Source of the DNA: Candidatus Poribacteria bacterium
Lineage (GTDB): Bacteria; Poribacteria; WGA-4E; WGA-3G
Reading direction: 5' to 3'
DNA: 64,000 nt
Assembly (NCBI GenBank): GCA_965198235.1
Contig: OZ240248.1
Location: 128,001-192,000, forward strand
Within the stretch, counting starts at the first letter, position 1; each line of letters begins with the position of its first letter. Positions 60,623 through 64,000 of this stretch are shown here, piece by piece. Position numbers and translations under genes: made by a program. A model generated the notes under the pieces. The model was not told where the DNA came from and did no database searches. It saw only the letters and a list, made by a program, of their open reading frames with translations.

Positions 60623-61891
60623 ATGTCGGATTTTAGGGCGATGCTTGCAAGCCCAGATTTCAACATATCTGAAAGTTTCTTACCCAATATAAACTTACAA
60701 AATAAACTCAATTGGGCGGAGGAATTTATACAGAACGTTGTAATTCCGCGATTGCCGGAAGCGGTTGCTTCGCATTTTCCTGTGGAGATAGGCACAGTTC
60801 TCGTCATGTTTGCATGTGCTGGCGTTTTTGTTGGAGTCGTCCCACTACTTCCCTTGGTATTGGTGCTTGCAGAGCGAAAGGTCTCCGCACGTTTTCAGAA
60901 CCGAACGGGTCCTATGCGCGTTGGACCGTGGGGTACACTGCAAACGGTAGCCGACGGTGTAAAACTCATCTTCAAAGAAGATTTTATCCCCCCACAAGGC
61001 GATAAACTCCTTTTCCTTCTTGCCCCCTATATCATTTTTGCCTGTTCTTTCGCTGTCTTCGCCGCTATTCCCTTCAGTCAAGGTATATTGGTTAGCGACT
61101 TTAATATCGGCATCTTCTATATCATGGCGATTTCCTCTGTGATTGTCATGGGGGTGATTATGGCGGGCTGGTCCTCGAATAGCAAATGGTCACTGTTGGG
61201 GTCGCTCCGCTCCGCCGCCCAGATTGTCAGTTATGAAATTCCGCTCGGTCTTTCCATCCTTACTGTTGTTATGCTCGTCGAAAGTTTGAGCATGCAGGAG
61301 ATTGTCGCAAGCCAATCCAACGGCGTTTTCAGTTGGCTCATTTTCCGAACCCCCTTTACCTTTATCGCATTCTTTATCTTCTTTATCTCTTCTATCGCTG
61401 AGGTAAACCGCACACCCTTTGATTTGCCCGAAGCCGAATCTGAAATCGTGGCTGGCTTCCATACCGAGTATAGCGGTATGCGCTTCGCACTCTTCTTTAT
61501 TGCTGAATACGCGAACATGTTCGCCGTGAGCGCAATTGCGGTGACACTTTTCCTCGGCGGTTGGGAAGGGGTCTTGCCGGGTTACGACATCCTCGGCGGA
61601 TTCCCCGGTTTCGTTATCAAATCTCTGGCACTCGTCTTCTTGATGATGTGGTTGCGATGGACGTTGCCGCGCCTACGGGTAGATCAGTTGATGAATCTCT
61701 GCTGGAAATACTTTATCCCGATCGCCTTCTTTAACATCTTAGGCACTGGCATCTGGGGACTCATTTTCCCAAAGGATACCTTGATTAGCACTGCTATTAG
61801 TTGCGCGATTATCTATATTGGGCTTATCGCCGCGTATAAAGTTGCTGGGCGGACGATCGCGCAGAGACCAGCACCCCAACCGAATTTTTAA
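60623..61891 (+). CDS. nuoH: NADH-quinone oxidoreductase subunit H
   Basis: ERKV..RFQNRTGP, AQIVSYE, NRTPFDLPEAESE, PRLRVDQLM. Confidence 0.97.
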   Translation: MSDFRAMLASPDFNISESFLPNINLQNKLNWAEEFIQNVVIPRLPEAVASHFPVEIGTVLVMFACAGVFVGVVPLLPLVLVLAERKVSARFQNRTGPMRVGPWGTLQTVADGVKLIFKEDFIPPQGDKLLFLLAPYIIFACSFAVFAAIPFSQGILVSDFNIGIFYIMAISSVIVMGVIMAGWSSNSKWSLLGSLRSAAQIVSYEIPLGLSILTVVMLVESLSMQEIVASQSNGVFSWLIFRTPFTFIAFFIFFISSIAEVNRTPFDLPEAESEIVAGFHTEYSGMRFALFFIAEYANMFAVSAIAVTLFLGGWEGVLPGYDILGGFPGFVIKSLALVFLMMWLRWTLPRLRVDQLMNLCWKYFIPIAFFNILGTGIWGLIFPKDTLISTAISCAIIYIGLIAAYKVAGRTIAQRPAPQPNF

Positions 61892-62019
61892 TTTTACCTT
61901 GCGGATCAGTTTCGCGGTTTGGTTTCTGAAAAATTTTCGTGTACGAGTCGCCCTCCATTTCATTTTGGGCTTGGTTTTTGGTTCATCTTTTCCATCAATC
62001 GTTGTAGGAAGGATTTAAA

Positions 62020-62709
62020 ATGGACAAATACATACGAAACATCTACAGAGGCGTTTATACCGTTCTCGTCGGGATGCGGGTGACAATCAGGCAGTTCTTT
62101 GAACCGAACGTCACGCATCAATACCCGTATGAACACGACTTTGAAAAGAAACGGAACGTCCGGGAGATTCCGAAAGGGTATCGCGGGCAGTTGTACAATC
62201 GAATGGAGGATTGCATCGGGTGCAAAAAATGTGAAATGATTTGCCCGGTCGATTGCATTACGATTGTAGGCACCAAACTCCCCAAAGGTGAACAACTCTG
62301 GGATAGCATGAACGTCGTGCATCTCAAGGACGGACGGGAAATCATCGGCATCATTGAAGGTGACGATAAAAAGATAAAGTCGGAAGATTCGATAACCCTT
62401 ACGAATATCACCTCCCGCCAGGGTCCGCAGGAGGTCATAGATCGCCTTGAGCCATCGGGTATAGAGAATCGAGCCCAAACCTTTTCCAGTGACGAGGTGT
62501 CGCGTGTTGTCACCCGAAATCCGGTTGTTTTCTACCTCGATCAGTTCGATATTGATATGTCCCTCTGTATGTATTGTGGACTTTGCACTGAAGTTTGTCC
62601 GACAGAGTGCCTTACGATGAAGGACACACTCGCTGGCGTTGAATACTCCAAATTCGACCGGTCGGATCTAATCTTCCAGTTTGACAAGCAGGAGATGTAC
62701 AAGAACTAA
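62020..62709 (+). CDS. nuoI: NADH-quinone oxidoreductase subunit I with internal insertion
   Basis: CIGCKKCEMICP and CMYCGLCTEVCP 4Fe-4S motifs; T.QYP N-terminus. Confidence 0.92.
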   Translation: MDKYIRNIYRGVYTVLVGMRVTIRQFFEPNVTHQYPYEHDFEKKRNVREIPKGYRGQLYNRMEDCIGCKKCEMICPVDCITIVGTKLPKGEQLWDSMNVVHLKDGREIIGIIEGDDKKIKSEDSITLTNITSRQGPQEVIDRLEPSGIENRAQTFSSDEVSRVVTRNPVVFYLDQFDIDMSLCMYCGLCTEVCPTECLTMKDTLAGVEYSKFDRSDLIFQFDKQEMYKN

Positions 62710-62740
62710 TTTTCAAAGGAGAATTTGGGTTCACAGGGGT

Positions 62741-62896
62741 GTAGGTTGGGTTGAGCGAAGCGAAACCCAACAAATGTAACTTCATATCAAGAGTTGGGTT
62801 TCACTCGGATTTTGAAGACTACAACCCGCATGGTTACCGGAAGGGTTCCATGTTTCCGCGTGCGTTTGATTTTGTTCTCCGTTCAACCCAACCTAC
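62741..62896. repeat. REPIN-like element (inverted GTAG REP pair)
   Basis: GTAGGTTGGGTTGAGCG...CGTTCAACCCAACCTAC. Confidence 0.8.
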
Positions 62897-62938
62897 GCAT
62901 TTAAGTTGAACTCACGTTAATTTTAAAGGAAATTACGT

Positions 62939-63494
62939 ATGCGAATTTATGCAGTCTTTTCAGTGTTGTTTTTGCTGTGTGGGCTAGTTGTTTTAGGTTG
63001 TGGTGATAGCGTAGAGGATAGCGATGCTGGTGTGCTTGAACCTGACGGGGATTTTAGGTTTCAGGATCTCCCGTTGTAGAAAGGGGCAGTCTTATACCGC
63101 CCGATGAGGTTCCTGTCATTACTATTGAGAAGACTCGCGAAGATGCAGAAAATATTTGGTGGAGACTTAAGGCGGATCCTGTCCCTTCGCGGGAAGATTT
63201 AGTGGTGTATGTCCGTGCTAGACCGTTAAGGTTTCTACCCGGGATGAGGACGTATCACAGACAGCTACTGTCCATACCCATATTTGAAAATAGTTCCGTA
63301 GAAATGAAAGTGCCGCGTTTCCAGGAGGCGTTCGAGTTTTACGTGGGACGCTTTGGCAACTTAATAAATCTGTTGCATCAAATGTCCTTTGAACTCGACA
63401 ATGGATATGTTGTTCCCCAGGGATTGAGTTCTCTTACTATTTGGCGGGGACACCTTCTATTTTGGAGATTCCTGCTAAGGAGCAAGTACAATAG
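62939..63494 (+). pseudogene. Frameshifted lipoprotein gene
   Basis: AAGGA RBS, MRIYAVFSVLFLLCGLVVLGC signal and lipobox; coding-like sequence continues in shifted frames after about 63070 and about 63424. Confidence 0.5.
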
Positions 63495-63656
63495 GTTATC
63501 TGTCCCCACAGGATCGCAAAGCATAAGACCTCACACTATAGGAAAAATAAAAAATGACAAAAGCCAGCAGCACTGCAACAACGGCAGCAGTGCGGACCTG
63601 AAAATAGGAGCTGCACACTAAGTAATTCTGACAATTCGCTTGCGCCAGTTTAAAAA

Positions 63657-64000
63657 ATGGAATTTACGCTTAAAACCTTTATTTTTTACGGCTTCGCCCT
63701 GACGACAATTGCTTCCGCACTCGTTGTTGTCACAACGCGAAACATCGTCCACGCGGCGTTTTCACTCATGGTGACACTCTTCGGCGTTGCCGGGCTTTAC
63801 GTCTTTTTACAGGCTGATTTTCTCGCCGCAACGCAGGTGATTGTCTATGTCGGCGGCATACTCGTCCTCATTCTATTCGGAGTCATGATGACAAGCGGAC
63901 GTTTGGAGATGCGGATTCATGTTGAACGCGGGCAGCTTCTACTCGGAGGCGTGGTTGCCCTGGCACTGCTTATGCTGCTCTTAACTGTTATTGCGAATAC
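63657..64000 (+). CDS. nuoJ: NADH-quinone oxidoreductase subunit J (runs off the window end)
   Basis: RNIVHAAFSL, ADFLAATQVIVYVGGILVLILFGVMMT. Confidence 0.93.
   Translation, partial: MEFTLKTFIFYGFALTTIASALVVVTTRNIVHAAFSLMVTLFGVAGLYVFLQADFLAATQVIVYVGGILVLILFGVMMTSGRLEMRIHVERGQLLLGGVVALALLMLLLTVIAN

Noticed and set aside
62305-62520. NuoI insertion as an intein (starts with Ser, has LKDG, ends VVTRN)
   Set aside because: About 70 aa is too short for an intein, and the following residue is Pro rather than Cys/Ser/Thr.

Overview
Bacterial chromosomal window, probably from a sponge-symbiont-type organism such as Candidatus Poribacteria. That assignment is inferred from gene content (many Gfo/Idh/MocA oxidoreductases, sulfatase, PhyH dioxygenase, TonB receptors, dense REP/MITE-like repeats), not proven. 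Core genes: ftsB-eno, a variant cytochrome c maturation system (ccmAB plus ccmE[CxxxY]-F-H-I-like, no ccmC/D/G in the window) split by 2-oxoacid:ferredoxin oxidoreductase genes and HEAT proteins, argG, purF-purM with a coupled FliG-like gene, and nuoA-B-C-D-H-I-J with no nuoEFG. The accessory hotspot at about 26.9-34.7 kb holds three things. (1) A 983-aa protein that looks like a degenerate Prim-Pol/Fe-S/helicase/wHTH fusion, with a structured leader upstream and a promoter-driven two-hairpin candidate ncRNA downstream. (2) A decayed type III restriction-modification locus cut by a solo IS200/IS605 TnpB that has the rearranged (Fanzor-like) RuvC glutamate. (3) Orphaned antitoxins. A complete IS701-family element with a 5-bp target duplication sits at the ribosome-binding site of tonB. 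No rRNA, tRNA or CRISPR array was seen. All family assignments come from motif recognition by eye; no searches were run.
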